A stretch of DNA of 64,000 nt, taken from NCBI GenBank assembly GCA_963205435.1, contig CAUJIV010000049.1, positions 7,932-71,931 on the forward strand, given 5' to 3'. Source of the stretch: Pseudomonadota bacterium (GTDB taxonomy: Bacteria > Pseudomonadota > Gammaproteobacteria > Burkholderiales > Rhodocyclaceae). The translations under genes were made by a program, and so were the position numbers. Shown piece after piece: positions 1-9,970 of this stretch. The notes beneath the pieces were generated by a model. That model searched no databases. It was given only the letters and a program-made list of their open reading frames with translations, and was not told the DNA's origin. Within the stretch, counting starts at the first letter, position 1. Each line of letters starts with the position of its first letter.

Positions 1-133
1 TTTCCTGGGTGACGAAGTTGCCCTGGCGAACGTCGATGCGGTAGGGCGTGACGAGGCTGCCGACGTCGGGCATCTGCACGCTCGAGCAGGCCGCCAGGGG
101 CAGCAGGACAGGCAGATGGCGCAGGAGTCTCAT
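1..133 (-). CDS. bamE: Outer membrane protein assembly lipoprotein BamE/SmpA (5' part; runs off the window edge)
   Basis: Manual translation from ATG at 133: [44 protein letters not shown]. Has a lipobox LAAC and the YRIDVxQGN motif, and is divergent from fur as is typical. Confidence 0.93.
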   Translation of the reverse strand, partial: MRLLRHLPVLLPLAACSSVQMPDVGSLVTPYRIDVRQGNFVTQE

Positions 134-228
134 GCCGTAACACGGACCGGCGAAGCGCGGGCCGGCGATTCTCAAGGATGGCGGGAGACTATATCATATC
201 GGCCATCCTTCCCCGGTTCGCGCTGACG

Positions 229-675
229 ATGGGCAACTCGCACGATCTGAAAAGCATCGGCCTCAAGGCGACCTTTCCGCGCCTGAAGGTCCTCGAGATC
301 TTCCAGAAGGCGCCGCAGGAGACCGGCAGCCGCCACATGACCGCGGAGGACGTCTATCGCGCCCTGATCGCCGAGGGCATGGACATCGGGCTGGCCACCG
401 TCTACCGCGTGCTGACGCAGTTCGAGCAGGCCGGCCTGCTCGAGCGCCACCACTTCGAGTCGGGCAAGGCGGTGTTCGAGCTGAACGAGGGCCGCCACCA
501 CGACCACCTGGTCTGCCTGCAATGCGGCAAGGTGGAGGAGTTCTACGACCCGGAAATCGAGAAGCGCCAGGCCAAGGTGGCGCGCGAGCGCGGCTTCCAG
601 ATCAGCGAGCACGCCCTCTACCTCTACGCCGACTGCATCAAGCCTGACTGCCCGAACCGCAAAGAGGAGTCCTGA
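229..675 (+). CDS. fur: Ferric uptake regulator
   Basis: [33 protein letters not shown] motifs. Start set at internal ATG 229. Confidence 0.97.
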   Translation: MGNSHDLKSIGLKATFPRLKVLEIFQKAPQETGSRHMTAEDVYRALIAEGMDIGLATVYRVLTQFEQAGLLERHHFESGKAVFELNEGRHHDHLVCLQCGKVEEFYDPEIEKRQAKVARERGFQISEHALYLYADCIKPDCPNRKEES

Positions 676-685
676 GCGCCCCTGC

Positions 686-1249
686 ATGGAGGCCTTCGTC
701 ACCTCGCTGCTGGCCGTCGCCCTGGCCGAGGTCGGCGACAAGACCCAGCTGCTCTCCTTCGTCCTCGCCGCGCGGCTGCGCCGGCCGCTGGCCATCATCC
801 TCGGCATCCTGGCGGCGACGCTGGCCAACCACGCGCTGGCCGGCGCCCTCGGCGCCTGGCTGGCGACGCTCGCCTCGCCGCGGCTGCTGCCCTGGCTGGT
901 CGGCGCCGGCTTCATCGCCTGCGGCCTGTGGCTGCTGCGGCCGGATACCCTGGAGTGCGCGCCTCCAGTGCCGCGCCTGGGCGCCTTCCTCGCCGCCACC
1001 CTCGCCTTCTTCCTCGCCGAGATGGGCGACAAGACGCAGCTGGCCACCGTGGCGCTGGGCGCGCGCTTCGAGCCGTTGGCGGCGGTGGTGCTCGGCACGA
1101 CGCTGGGCATGCTGGCCGCCAACATCCCCGCCGTGCTGGTGGGCGAGGCGCTGGCGCACAGGCTGCCGCTGAAGGCGCTGCGCTACGCCGCCGCCGCGCT
1201 GTTCGTCGCCACCGGATTGGCGTCCCTGCTGTGGCCCGCGGCCGGTTGA
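686..1249 (+). CDS. TMEM165/GDT1 (UPF0016) family cation (Mn/Ca) exporter
   Basis: Two copies of the family signature ExGDKTQ (AEVGDKTQL, AEMGDKTQL); hydrophobic. Confidence 0.92.
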   Translation: MEAFVTSLLAVALAEVGDKTQLLSFVLAARLRRPLAIILGILAATLANHALAGALGAWLATLASPRLLPWLVGAGFIACGLWLLRPDTLECAPPVPRLGAFLAATLAFFLAEMGDKTQLATVALGARFEPLAAVVLGTTLGMLAANIPAVLVGEALAHRLPLKALRYAAAALFVATGLASLLWPAAG

Positions 1250-1274
1250 AGCGGCAGAAGTGGACAAAACAAAA

Positions 1275-1426
1275 GGCTCAATTCGCGTTAAGTGATGATG
1301 GCAGTTGTGTGCGGTCGCTTCTTTGCTACGAAAAGCCGGAGATTCCGTGTCGCTTTTTGGATGACGCGAAAAGTCTGGCACATCAACCTGTTACCTCTGC
1401 TATCACTACCTAAAGCGAATTGAGCC
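1275..1426. mobile_element. Putative 152-bp MITE with 30-bp imperfect terminal inverted repeats
   Basis: Left end GGCTCAATTCGCGTTAAGTGATGATGGCAG vs reverse complement of right end GGCTCAATTCGCTTTAGGTAGTGATAGCAG (25/30; first 12 perfect). Flanks AAACAAAA / AAAAAAAA (7/8). Lower GC than surroundings. Confidence 0.65.
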
Positions 1427-1458
1427 AAAAAAAAGAGGCCCGCGGGCCTCTTTTTTTT
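1427..1458. terminator. Bidirectional intrinsic terminator
   Basis: A8-GAGGCCC-GC-GGGCCTC-T8 between convergent genes. Confidence 0.9.
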
Positions 1459-1474
1459 CATGCGTTGAAGCCAG

Positions 1475-2095
1475 TCAGGCGCGGCTGCGGCGACGGGCGA
1501 CCACTCCCATCAGGCCGAGGCCGGCGAGAAGCATGGCCATCGCGCCCGGCTCGGGAACCGGCGTCACCGGCACGCCGCGCACCCAGGCAGAATCTTGCTT
1601 GTCGAAATCCTTGTTCAGCCCCTGGAGGTGCACGTGCATCGGCACATTGAAGCCGGCGGCCGTGACGCCGGCGCCAAGAATGGTCCAGCTCGAGGACTCC
1701 GTCTCGGTAAAGCGGCCCGGCTTGTTGGCGGTCTCCCACTCAACGGTCCAGTTCAGTCCGAAGAGTCCCGCCTCGGTGTAACCGGTGCTCCAGGAAGAGC
1801 CGCTGATGGCTTCGCCGCCCGTCCAGGCCAGGGTTCCGTTGGGTCCGACGAAGCCCAGCTCGGTGAGGAAGGCGCTTGCGTGCGAGGGAATCCAGGCGAA
1901 GCTGTTCTGCAGGGTGACTGCGACGCCGCCGGCGATGTCGGTGAAGGTCAGGGTGGCGATCGGATGCGCCAGCGGGCCGACATCCTTGTGCTCGATGAAA
2001 TCGAAGGAATAGCTGTCGGCCAGCGCCGGCCGCGCCAGCAGGGTGGCAAACAGCAAGGCGGCAGCGAATTTCAGGGGCTTGTCGATCACGGTCAA
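1475..2095 (-). CDS. PEP-CTERM sorting-domain surface protein
   Basis: Signal peptide ending ALA; C-terminal VPEPGAMAMLLAGLGLMGVVARRRSRA (PEP + TM helix + basic tail). TTG start after a purine-rich GAAGAGAGAG. Confidence 0.92.
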   Translation of the reverse strand: MTVIDKPLKFAAALLFATLLARPALADSYSFDFIEHKDVGPLAHPIATLTFTDIAGGVAVTLQNSFAWIPSHASAFLTELGFVGPNGTLAWTGGEAISGSSWSTGYTEAGLFGLNWTVEWETANKPGRFTETESSSWTILGAGVTAAGFNVPMHVHLQGLNKDFDKQDSAWVRGVPVTPVPEPGAMAMLLAGLGLMGVVARRRSRA

Positions 2096-2251
2096 ACTCT
2101 CTCTTCAAATTTCCAGCCATCCGATTGTCGTCTGTGGCGGTGGCTGTATGCCGATGCGGACAATCCTGCTGTCTGCCCGCGCTCGACTTCCGGATGCGGC
2201 AACAGCTCCAATCTGGTTCGAACGATTTTGCTTTAGGCCTGCAGCATGGGC

Positions 2252-2271
2252 AATAGTCCGAACGGACTATT
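2252..2271. promoter_or_regulatory. Perfect inverted repeat, candidate operator upstream of the PEP-CTERM gene
   Basis: AATAGTCCG-AA-CGGACTATT. Confidence 0.5.
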
Positions 2272-2363
2272 CTGCAGCCACGCTCATCGGGCGGGAACGT
2301 GTTGCCCGGGCAGGCATCGTCCCGCGGCTGCGCCGCAGCCGCGGCAGGGAGATGCGCGCGCGT

Positions 2364-4013
2364 TCAGTAACCGAGCATCTCGGCGGCGTGGCGGCGGGTG
2401 GTGGCGGTGATCCTGACGCCGCCCAGCATGCGGGCGATCTCCTCGATGCGGCCGTCGCGGTCGAGCGGCGCGACGCGGCTGACGACCGCCTCGCCGGCGC
2501 CCTCCTTGCTGACCGACCACTGCCAGTCGGCGCGCGCCGCCACCTGCGGCAGGTGGGTGACGCACAGCACCTGGCGCTGGTGGCCGAGCCGGGCGAGCAG
2601 GCGGCCGACGATCTCGGCGACGCCGCCGCCGATGCCGACGTCGACCTCGTCGAAGACCAGGGTCGGCGCCTTGCCGGCGGCCGAGGCGATCACTTGGATG
2701 GCCAGTCCGATGCGCGACAGTTCGCCGCCCGAGGCGACCTTGGCCAGCGGACCGAGCGGCTGGCCGGCGTGGGCGCTGACGCGGAACTCGATGCTCTCCA
2801 GCCCGCCGGCTCCGCCCTCCGGCAGCTTCTCCAGCGCCACCTCGAAGCGGCCGCCAGGCATCGCCAGCTGCTGCAGGGTTTCACTGACCGACTTGCCCAG
2901 GGCGGCGGCGGCCTTGCGGCGGCCGCGGCTCAAGGCCTCGGCGCTGGCGAGATAGTCCTGCCGCGCCGCGGCCTCGCGCTCCGCCAGCGCGGCGGCGTCC
3001 TGCAGGGCCTCCAGCTCGAGCAGGCGGGCGCCCCAGCCGGCGAGCAGCTCGGGCAGCGCCTCGGCCTGGACGCGGTACTTGCGCGCGCAGTCGTGCACGG
3101 CCTGGATGCGGCGCTCCAGCTCGGCCAGGCGGGCGGGGTCGATGTCGATGCGGTCGCGGTACTGGCGCAGGACATGGGCCGCCTCCTGCAGCTGGATCTG
3201 GGCGCCCTCGACGGTCTCGAGGGCGCCGGCGAGCGAGGGGTCGTACTCGATCAGCTGGCGCAGCCGCGCGCCCATGCGCTCCACTTGCCACATGGCCGCG
3301 CGCTCGCCCTCGGAGAGGCCCTCGAGCATCTCCTCGACGCCAGCCTGCAGCGAGGCGGCGTGGGCGAGCCGGCGGTGCTCCTGCAGGGCGGCCGACCAGC
3401 CCTCGGCGTCGAAGCCGAGGGCGGAGACTTCTTTCACCTGCCAGGCCAGCATCTCGCGCTCGCGGGCCTGGCCGGCGGCATCCTTCTCGGCCTCGCGCCG
3501 CGCCGCGCCGGCGCGCCGCCAGGCGGCGTGGCGCTGCGCCACTTCGGCGGCGAGCGCCTGCTGGCCGGCCAGCGCGTCGAGCAGCTGCCTTTGCGCCTCG
3601 GCGCGCAGCAGGCCGTGATGGGCATGCTGGCCGTGGATGTCGGCGAGGAATTCGGCCGCCTGGCGCAGCTGGGTCAGCGTCGCCGGCGCGCCGTTGATGT
3701 AGCCGCGCGAGCGGCCGCTCGACTCGACGACGCGGCGCAGCAGGCAGGCGTCGCCGTCGAAGTCGTTGTCGCGCAGCCAGGCCGCCAGCGGGCCGCCGGG
3801 GGCGACGTCGAACTCGACGCCGATCTCGGCCTTGTCGCAGCCGGCGCGCACCGCCTCGGGATCGGCGCGCTCGCCGAGAACGAGGGAGAGCGCGTCGACG
3901 AGGATCGACTTGCCGGCGCCGGTCTCGCCGGTGAGAGCGCCGAAGCCGGGGCCAAACTCCAGCTCGAGGCGGTCGACGATGACGTAATCGCGGATGTGCA
4001 GGCGGCGCAGCAT
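2364..4013 (-). CDS. recN: DNA repair protein RecN
   Basis: [10 protein letters not shown] Walker A, ASGGELSR signature, [18 protein letters not shown]; follows nadK. Confidence 0.97.
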   Translation of the reverse strand: MLRRLHIRDYVIVDRLELEFGPGFGALTGETGAGKSILVDALSLVLGERADPEAVRAGCDKAEIGVEFDVAPGGPLAAWLRDNDFDGDACLLRRVVESSGRSRGYINGAPATLTQLRQAAEFLADIHGQHAHHGLLRAEAQRQLLDALAGQQALAAEVAQRHAAWRRAGAARREAEKDAAGQAREREMLAWQVKEVSALGFDAEGWSAALQEHRRLAHAASLQAGVEEMLEGLSEGERAAMWQVERMGARLRQLIEYDPSLAGALETVEGAQIQLQEAAHVLRQYRDRIDIDPARLAELERRIQAVHDCARKYRVQAEALPELLAGWGARLLELEALQDAAALAEREAAARQDYLASAEALSRGRRKAAAALGKSVSETLQQLAMPGGRFEVALEKLPEGGAGGLESIEFRVSAHAGQPLGPLAKVASGGELSRIGLAIQVIASAAGKAPTLVFDEVDVGIGGGVAEIVGRLLARLGHQRQVLCVTHLPQVAARADWQWSVSKEGAGEAVVSRVAPLDRDGRIEEIARMLGGVRITATTRRHAAEMLGY

Positions 4014-4023
4014 CGGACCCCGC

Positions 4024-4905
4024 TCAGCGCTGGCGCGGCGTCTCGCTCCAGTGCAGCTTCTCGCGCAGCATGGCGAAGTAGCTGTAGCCGGGCGGGTGGA
4101 GGAAGCGGATCGAGCGCGGCGAGCGGGCGATGGCGACGCGGTCGCCCGGCTCGAGGTCGAACTTCTCCTGGCCGTCGGCGTGCACGCGCGCCTGGTGCGG
4201 CGCATGCAGGTGGATCTCGATGCGGCGGTCGTCGCCGATGGTGATCGGCCGGTTCGACAGGGCGTGCGGGCACAGCGGCACGAGGGCGATGCCCGGCACC
4301 GCCGGATGCAGGATCGGCCCGTTGGCCGACAGGGCGTAGGCGGTGGAGCCGGTCGGCGTGGCGACGATGAGGCCGTCGGAGCGCTGGTTGTAGAGGAATT
4401 CGCCGTCGATGGCGACGGCGAACTCGATCATGCGGCCGAGGTCGCCCTTGTTCACCACCACGTCGTTGAGGGCGCGCGTGCGGAAGACCTCCTGCGCGCC
4501 GCGGCTGACCGCGGCCTCGAGCAGAAAGCGCTGCTCGCTGCTGAAGCGGCCCTCGAGCAACTGGCCGACGCCGGCCAGCATGTCGCCGCGGGCAAGATCG
4601 GTCATGAAGCCGAGGCGGCCCTGGTTGACGCCGACCAGCGGCACGTCGGATTCGGCCAGCCGCCGGGCGGCGGCCAGCATCGAGCCGGCGCCGCCGAGCA
4701 CGATGGCGAGATCGGCGCGCGCGCCGATGCCGGCATAGGCGACGACCGGGAAACCGCCCGCGCCGGCCAGCGCGGCGGTTTCCTCCTCGACCAGCACCTC
4801 GATCCCGCGGCCACGCAGGAAATCCGCCAGGGTCAGCAGCGACTCGGCGACCTCGGGGCTTTTGTACTTGCCGATCAGGGCGATAGTGCGAAAGACTGGA
4901 CTCAT
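4024..4905 (-). CDS. nadK: NAD kinase (GGDG motif reads GGAG here)
   Basis: [32 protein letters not shown] motifs; hrcA-nadK-recN synteny. Confidence 0.95.
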   Translation of the reverse strand: MSPVFRTIALIGKYKSPEVAESLLTLADFLRGRGIEVLVEEETAALAGAGGFPVVAYAGIGARADLAIVLGGAGSMLAAARRLAESDVPLVGVNQGRLGFMTDLARGDMLAGVGQLLEGRFSSEQRFLLEAAVSRGAQEVFRTRALNDVVVNKGDLGRMIEFAVAIDGEFLYNQRSDGLIVATPTGSTAYALSANGPILHPAVPGIALVPLCPHALSNRPITIGDDRRIEIHLHAPHQARVHADGQEKFDLEPGDRVAIARSPRSIRFLHPPGYSYFAMLREKLHWSETPRQR

Positions 4906-4968
4906 GGACGGAATTTAACCACAATTCGCCCCTTGCGATCGCGGCCCATTGCGGCCATCATCGGCATC

Positions 4969-5997
4969 ATGAGGCCCGTGCTCGACCAGCGCTCGCAGAT
5001 CCTGCTGAAGACCCTGATAGAACGCTATGTGGCGGAAGCCCAGCCGGTGGGTTCGCGCGCCCTGTCGAAGCACTCCGGGCTGGAGCTGTCGCCGGCGACG
5101 GTGCGCAACGTCATGTCCGATCTGGAGGAGATGGGCTTCATCGCCAGCCCGCACACCTCGGCCGGTCGGGTGCCGACGGCGCGCGGCTACCGCTTCTTCG
5201 TCGACAGCCTGCTCACCGTGCAGCCCCTGCCCGAGGCGCAGCTGCACGAGCTGGAGGAGCAGCTGCAGCCGGACCAGCCGCAGCGCCTGATCACCGCCGC
5301 CTCGCAGCTGCTGTCGGAGCTGACGCGCTTCGCCGGCGTCGTGCTGGCGCCGCGGCGGGTGACGCCGAAGATCCGCCACATCGAGTTCCTCGGCCTGTCG
5401 GAGAAACGCATCCTGCTGATCCTCGTCACCGCCGAGGGCGACGTGCAGAACCGCATCCTGTTCACCCGGCGCGACTACAGCGCGGCCGAGCTGGTCAGCG
5501 CGGCCAATTACCTGAACCAGAACTTCGCCGGCCTCGATTTCGCCGAGATCCGGCGGCGCGTCCAGGAGGAGCTGCGCCAGCTGCATGCCGACATGAGCGA
5601 GCTGATGAGCGCCGCCATGGAGGCCGGCGGCGAGGCGGTGGCGGACAGCAGCGACCCCTACGTCCTCTCCGGCGAAGGCAACCTGCTGGAAGTGGCGGAC
5701 ATCTCCTCGGACATGAAGCGGCTGCGCGAGCTGTTCGCCCTGTTCGAGCAGCGCACCGGCCTCGCCCAGCTGCTCGACCTGAGCAATCGCGCCGAGGGCG
5801 TGCAGGTGTTCATCGGCGGCGAATCGGGTCTGGCGCCGCTCGACGAATGCAGCGTCATCACCGCCCCCTACGAAGTCGATGGCTGCGTCGTCGGCTCGGT
5901 CGGCGTCATCGGCCCGACACGCATGGCCTACGATCGCGTCATCCCCATCGTCGACATCACGGCCAAGCTGCTCTCGGGCGCCCTCTCCGCGCCATGA
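4969..5997 (+). CDS. hrcA: Heat-inducible transcription repressor HrcA
   Basis: [40 protein letters not shown]. Confidence 0.97.
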   Translation: MRPVLDQRSQILLKTLIERYVAEAQPVGSRALSKHSGLELSPATVRNVMSDLEEMGFIASPHTSAGRVPTARGYRFFVDSLLTVQPLPEAQLHELEEQLQPDQPQRLITAASQLLSELTRFAGVVLAPRRVTPKIRHIEFLGLSEKRILLILVTAEGDVQNRILFTRRDYSAAELVSAANYLNQNFAGLDFAEIRRRVQEELRQLHADMSELMSAAMEAGGEAVADSSDPYVLSGEGNLLEVADISSDMKRLRELFALFEQRTGLAQLLDLSNRAEGVQVFIGGESGLAPLDECSVITAPYEVDGCVVGSVGVIGPTRMAYDRVIPIVDITAKLLSGALSAP

Positions 5998-6998
5998 CAC
6001 CTGGCCTGCCGCCCGCCGGCGGGGGAAAGACGGCCGTCCTGCTGGTCAACCTCGGCTCGCCCGAGGCGCCGACCCGCCAGGCGCTGCGCGCCTATCTCCG
6101 GGAATTCCTGTCGGACAGGCGCGTCGTCGGCCTGCCGCGCCTGCTGTGGTGGCCGCTGCTGCATCTCATCATCCTCAACGTGCGGCCGCGGCGCTCGGCG
6201 GAGAAATACGCCAAGGTCTGGCTGGAGGAAGGCGCGCCGCTGGTGGTGCATACCGAGCGCCAGGCCAAGCTGCTGCGCGGCTACCTCGGCCAGGCCGGGC
6301 TCGGCCATGTCAGCGTCGCCTGGGCGATGCGCTACGGCGCGCCCGCCGTCGCCGGCGTGCTCGATCGGCTGAAGGCGGAAGGCTGCGAGCGCATCCTCGT
6401 CCTGCCGCTGTATCCCCAGTATTCCGCCAGCACCACGGCCAGCGCCCTCGACGCGGTGCGGGCCTGGCAGCGGCGCAATCCGGGCGCGGCGCAGATCGAG
6501 GCGATCGAAGGCTTCCACGACGATGCCGGCTACATCGCCGCCCTGGCGGCCGCCATCCAGGCCCGCTGGATGGCGAACGGCCGTCCCGACAAGCTGGTAA
6601 TGAGCTTCCACGGCCTGCCCCGAGCCAGCATCGCGCAGGGCGATCCCTATCACGATCAATGCCTTGTCAGCGGCCGGCTGCTGGCAGACGCGCTCGGCCT
6701 GGCGGAGAAGGACTACGCCATCACCTTTCAGTCGCGCTTTGGCCCGGCCGAGTGGCTGCAGCCCTATACCCAGGAGACGCTGGAATCCCTGGCGCGTTCA
6801 GGGGTGGCGCGCGTCGACGTCGTCTGCCCCGGCTTCGTCGCCGACTGCCTGGAGACCCTCGAGGAAATCGCCATCGAGGGCAAGGCGGCCTTCCTCGCCG
6901 CCGGCGGCCGCGAATTCCGCTACATCCCCTGCCTCAACGAGCGGCATGAGTGGATCGACGCCCTCGCCGGCCTGGCGCGGCGCCCTCTGGCCGGCTGA
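5994..6998 (+). CDS. hemH: Ferrochelatase
   Basis: [46 protein letters not shown]; ATGA overlap with hrcA stop. Confidence 0.96.
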   Translation: MTPGLPPAGGGKTAVLLVNLGSPEAPTRQALRAYLREFLSDRRVVGLPRLLWWPLLHLIILNVRPRRSAEKYAKVWLEEGAPLVVHTERQAKLLRGYLGQAGLGHVSVAWAMRYGAPAVAGVLDRLKAEGCERILVLPLYPQYSASTTASALDAVRAWQRRNPGAAQIEAIEGFHDDAGYIAALAAAIQARWMANGRPDKLVMSFHGLPRASIAQGDPYHDQCLVSGRLLADALGLAEKDYAITFQSRFGPAEWLQPYTQETLESLARSGVARVDVVCPGFVADCLETLEEIAIEGKAAFLAAGGREFRYIPCLNERHEWIDALAGLARRPLAG

Positions 6999-7046
6999 AG
7001 GTCACGGAACATCCGCCAACTGCGTCGAAGCCGGTCCAGCCGGCCG

Positions 7047-7075
7047 CTTGAATTCTCCGCCACCCGCCAGCATCT
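7047..7075 (+). promoter_or_regulatory. Putative sigma32 promoter for trxC
   Basis: CTTGAAT-N14-CAGCATCT resembles CTTGAAA-N13/14-CCCCATNT. Confidence 0.5.
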
Positions 7076-7105
7076 TCAGGACGAAGACCGCCACAGAGCC
7101 GCGCC

Positions 7106-7540
7106 ATGACCCAGCCGCTGATGATCGTCTGCCCGCACTGCGATGCCCTCAACCGCGTCCCGGCGGATCGGCTGGGGGATGCCCCCGCTTGCGGCAAGTG
7201 CCGCGGCAAGCTGTTCGAAGGCAAGCCGCTGGAACTCGGGCCGCGCACCTTCTACAAGCACATCGGCCGCAACGGCATTCCGGTGGTCGTCGATTTCTGG
7301 GCGCCCTGGTGCGGCCCCTGCCGGACGATGGCGCCGGCCTTCGCCGAAGCGGCGCGCCAGCTCGAGCCGCATTACCGCCTGGCCAAGCTGAACACCGAGG
7401 AGGCGCAAAAGATCGCCGCCCATTACTCGATCCGCAGCATCCCGACCCTGATCCTCTTTCGAGGCGGGCGGGAGATCGCGCGCCAGTCCGGCGCCATGGA
7501 CGCCGGCAGCCTGGTGCGCTGGATCAGCGCGCAAGCGTGA
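7106..7540 (+). CDS. trxC: Thioredoxin 2 with N-terminal Zn finger
   Basis: CPHC...CGKC zinc finger plus WCGPC active site. Confidence 0.95.
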   Translation: MTQPLMIVCPHCDALNRVPADRLGDAPACGKCRGKLFEGKPLELGPRTFYKHIGRNGIPVVVDFWAPWCGPCRTMAPAFAEAARQLEPHYRLAKLNTEEAQKIAAHYSIRSIPTLILFRGGREIARQSGAMDAGSLVRWISAQA

Positions 7541-7572
7541 CCGCGATGGCCGTCTTGAAGGCAAGAAAATAC

Positions 7573-7599
7573 TCAAGATTTCCGCCTTCGTGCCGTTAA
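7573..7599 (+). promoter_or_regulatory. Putative sigma28 (FliA) promoter 1
   Basis: TCAA-N15-GCCGTTAA vs consensus TAAA-N15-GCCGATAA. Confidence 0.65.
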
Positions 7600-7712
7600 G
7601 GTTTTTCGAGACGCCCTGACGCACGAACCGCGCCGCGAACATTTACTTTCCGCGAAAGCTCCGTTCCCGGGTCCGCTTCTTTCGTCGCATCAGGAGCGTC
7701 TCACCAACGTCC

Positions 7713-7739
7713 TCAAGATTTCCTCATAAGTGCCGTAAA
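7713..7739 (+). promoter_or_regulatory. Putative sigma28 (FliA) promoter 2
   Basis: TCAA-N15-GCCGTAAA; shares CTCAAGATTTCC...GTGCCGT with promoter 1, 140 bp upstream. Confidence 0.6.
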
Positions 7740-7852
7740 AACCCCCATCAATGAAGTAATGTCCGCAGGTCGTATTGCGAAAGGCGGTTTTTACGAAATG
7801 CGCTTGCCGCCTCCACAACAACAGTCTGCGAGCCGATCGTCTGGGGAGCCGC

Positions 7853-8902
7853 ATGAAAATCGCCAATTCCGCCCTTCGCATGGAGGCAAACCACGCCGAG
7901 ATGTCCCGCCGCGAGGTGAACGAATCCCTGCGCGCCTGGGTCGGCCCGCGGCGTCCCGATTTCGAGGGAAACAGCCGTTCGCCGACTTCACCTTCGACCT
8001 CGGTTCAGGTCTCGGATGCCGCGCTGGCCGCCCATTCGGCCGAAGCTTCCAATAAGACAAGCGACGAAAGCGAAGCCATCCCCGCCAAGCTCCTGCTCAT
8101 CAAGACCATGGTGGAAAGGATGACGGGACTTCGCATTCGCCTCGTCACGGCACAGGACGTTCGAGGCGAAGCGGAGGCGCCGGACGCGCCGGACGCGCCT
8201 GACCCGCAATCGGCACCAGCCCGGCGTGCCACCGGCTGGGGCATCGAATACGACCGTCGCGAATTGCGTGAGGAGGTCGAGCATACGGACTTTGCCGCCG
8301 AAGGGCTGGTGCGCACCGCCGATGGCCGCGAAATCCGCTTCGAAATTGCCATCTCGATGGATCGCGCCTGGCGCGAGGAGAGCAGCGAGTCGCTGCGCGC
8401 GGGCAATGCCCGCCCCAAGGATCCCCTGGTGCTGAATTTCGACGGCCAGGCCGTGCAGCTCTCCGCCACGCGATTCCGCTTCGATCTGGATGGCGACGGC
8501 CGCGCCGAGGACGTTCCCCTGCTCGGCAGCGGCAGCGGCTACCTTGCGCTCGATCTCAACGGCGACGGCCGAATCAATTCGGGCAAGGAACTGTTCGGAC
8601 CGCGCAGCGGCGACGGCTACGCCGAACTGGCGCAATATGACGTCGATGGCAATGGCTGGATCGACGAGAACGATCCGGTGTTCGCGCGCCTGCGCATCTG
8701 GTCGCCTGCCGGCGATGGCGACGGCAAGCTGGAGACCTTGCAGGAGCGCCTGGTCGGCGCGCTCTCCCTGGCTCACCTCGCCACGCCGTTCGCGCTGCGC
8801 AGTGGTGACAATGCCGCCCTCGGCGCCGTCCGCAGCAGCGGTATCTATCTGAGCGAAAACGGGCAGGCCGGCTCGCTGCAGCAGATCGACCTGATGGCCT
8901 GA
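7853..8902 (+). CDS. Conserved hypothetical protein with DxDGDG/DxNGDG Ca-binding (EF-hand/VCBS-like) repeats
   Basis: DPLVLNF, FDLDGDG, LALDLNGDGRINSGKELFG, YDVDGNGWIDENDPVF, ends QQIDL; GGGGAG RBS before ATG 7853. Confidence 0.8.
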   Translation: MKIANSALRMEANHAEMSRREVNESLRAWVGPRRPDFEGNSRSPTSPSTSVQVSDAALAAHSAEASNKTSDESEAIPAKLLLIKTMVERMTGLRIRLVTAQDVRGEAEAPDAPDAPDPQSAPARRATGWGIEYDRRELREEVEHTDFAAEGLVRTADGREIRFEIAISMDRAWREESSESLRAGNARPKDPLVLNFDGQAVQLSATRFRFDLDGDGRAEDVPLLGSGSGYLALDLNGDGRINSGKELFGPRSGDGYAELAQYDVDGNGWIDENDPVFARLRIWSPAGDGDGKLETLQERLVGALSLAHLATPFALRSGDNAALGAVRSSGIYLSENGQAGSLQQIDLMA

Positions 8903-8975
8903 CCAGCCACCACCGGCGGGAAGAGCAGCGTCGGCCCTCGATCCGATCGATGCCGGCTCGAACGGCTTTTTCCGC

Positions 8976-9012
8976 TTGCCGGCAGCCTCCGCTGGCAAAT
9001 TTTTTTCTTTTC
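8976..9012 (+). terminator. Intrinsic terminator
   Basis: TTGCCGGC-N7-GCTGGCAA followed by ATTTTTTTCTTTTC. Confidence 0.6.
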
Positions 9013-9324
9013 TGAAGCTTGCGGCACCACCCGATAGCAGTCGACTGTGGATGCGCCTGATGGCAGGCTTTCCGTGTCTTCTTGCCATGTCGCCCGCTTT
9101 GCGATGCCGGCATGAAAGATATGTCTCCTGCACAAAGCGGCGGCATCATCCCGTTTTGTCCGTCAGCATCGGCTGGAGACACGCTGTCGATATCTTCGCC
9201 AAACTATGGCAACAGGCAATAAGCAACGGTATTTTCGATATTTTATTCGAGAGCGGTTTGCTCTCCGCTCAAAGGCCGAAGCGAAATCTGAAAATAAGCC
9301 GTCTCACAAAGTTACCTCCATCCC

Positions 9325-9352
9325 CTTGAAAAAGAACAAACCGCCACCAATT
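9325..9352 (+). promoter_or_regulatory. sigma32 promoter for grpE
   Basis: CTTGAAA-N13-CACCAATT. Confidence 0.75.
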
Positions 9353-9383
9353 GGAAAGGCGGATTTATAAGGGGAAGCAAAGC

Positions 9384-9947
9384 ATGCAAGATATCCCGCC
9401 CTTGCCTGAAGACATCGAGCGACCGGTCACTGACAAGTCGGCCCGCGAGACAGACACCGGGCATGAAACTCCGACGGACACTCTTCCGGGCCTGGGAGAG
9501 CAGTTGCGCGCGGCCGAACTGAGAGCCGCCGAGCACCACGACGCCTGGCTGCGCGCCAAGGCGGAAACCGAGAACCTGCGGCGCCGCGCCGCGGAGGACG
9601 TCGCCAAGGCGCACAAGTACGCCGCCGAAAAATTCGTCGGCGAGATGCTGCCGGTGAAAGACAGCCTGGAAGCGGCGCTGGCCTCCGAAAACACCGGTTT
9701 CGACAACCTGAGGAGCGGCGTCGAGGTGACCCTGAAGCAGTTGATCGCCGCCTTCGAGAAATCCGGCGTGGCGGAAATCCATCCGCTCGGCGAGAAATTC
9801 GATCCGCACCGGCACCAGGCCATGAGCACCCTCGAGGACCCGGGCGAGCCGAACCGCGTGCTGCAGGTCCTGCAAAAGGGCTATGCCCTCAACGAGCGAA
9901 TCATCCGGCCAGCCCTGGTGATCGTCTCGAAGGCGCCGGGCGCTTGA
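9384..9947 (+). CDS. grpE: Nucleotide exchange factor GrpE
   Basis: [41 protein letters not shown]; upstream of dnaK. Confidence 0.97.
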   Translation: MQDIPPLPEDIERPVTDKSARETDTGHETPTDTLPGLGEQLRAAELRAAEHHDAWLRAKAETENLRRRAAEDVAKAHKYAAEKFVGEMLPVKDSLEAALASENTGFDNLRSGVEVTLKQLIAAFEKSGVAEIHPLGEKFDPHRHQAMSTLEDPGEPNRVLQVLQKGYALNERIIRPALVIVSKAPGA

Positions 9948-9970
9948 AAAGCCGCCGCAAATCCCCATCT
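9943..9970 (+). promoter_or_regulatory. sigma32 promoter for dnaK
   Basis: CTTGAAA-N13-CCCCATCT, near-perfect consensus. Confidence 0.88.

Noticed and set aside
8177-8203. 9-bp tandem repeat GCGCCGGAC x3 (APD x3)
   Set aside because: In-frame low-complexity linker; no sign of phase variation.
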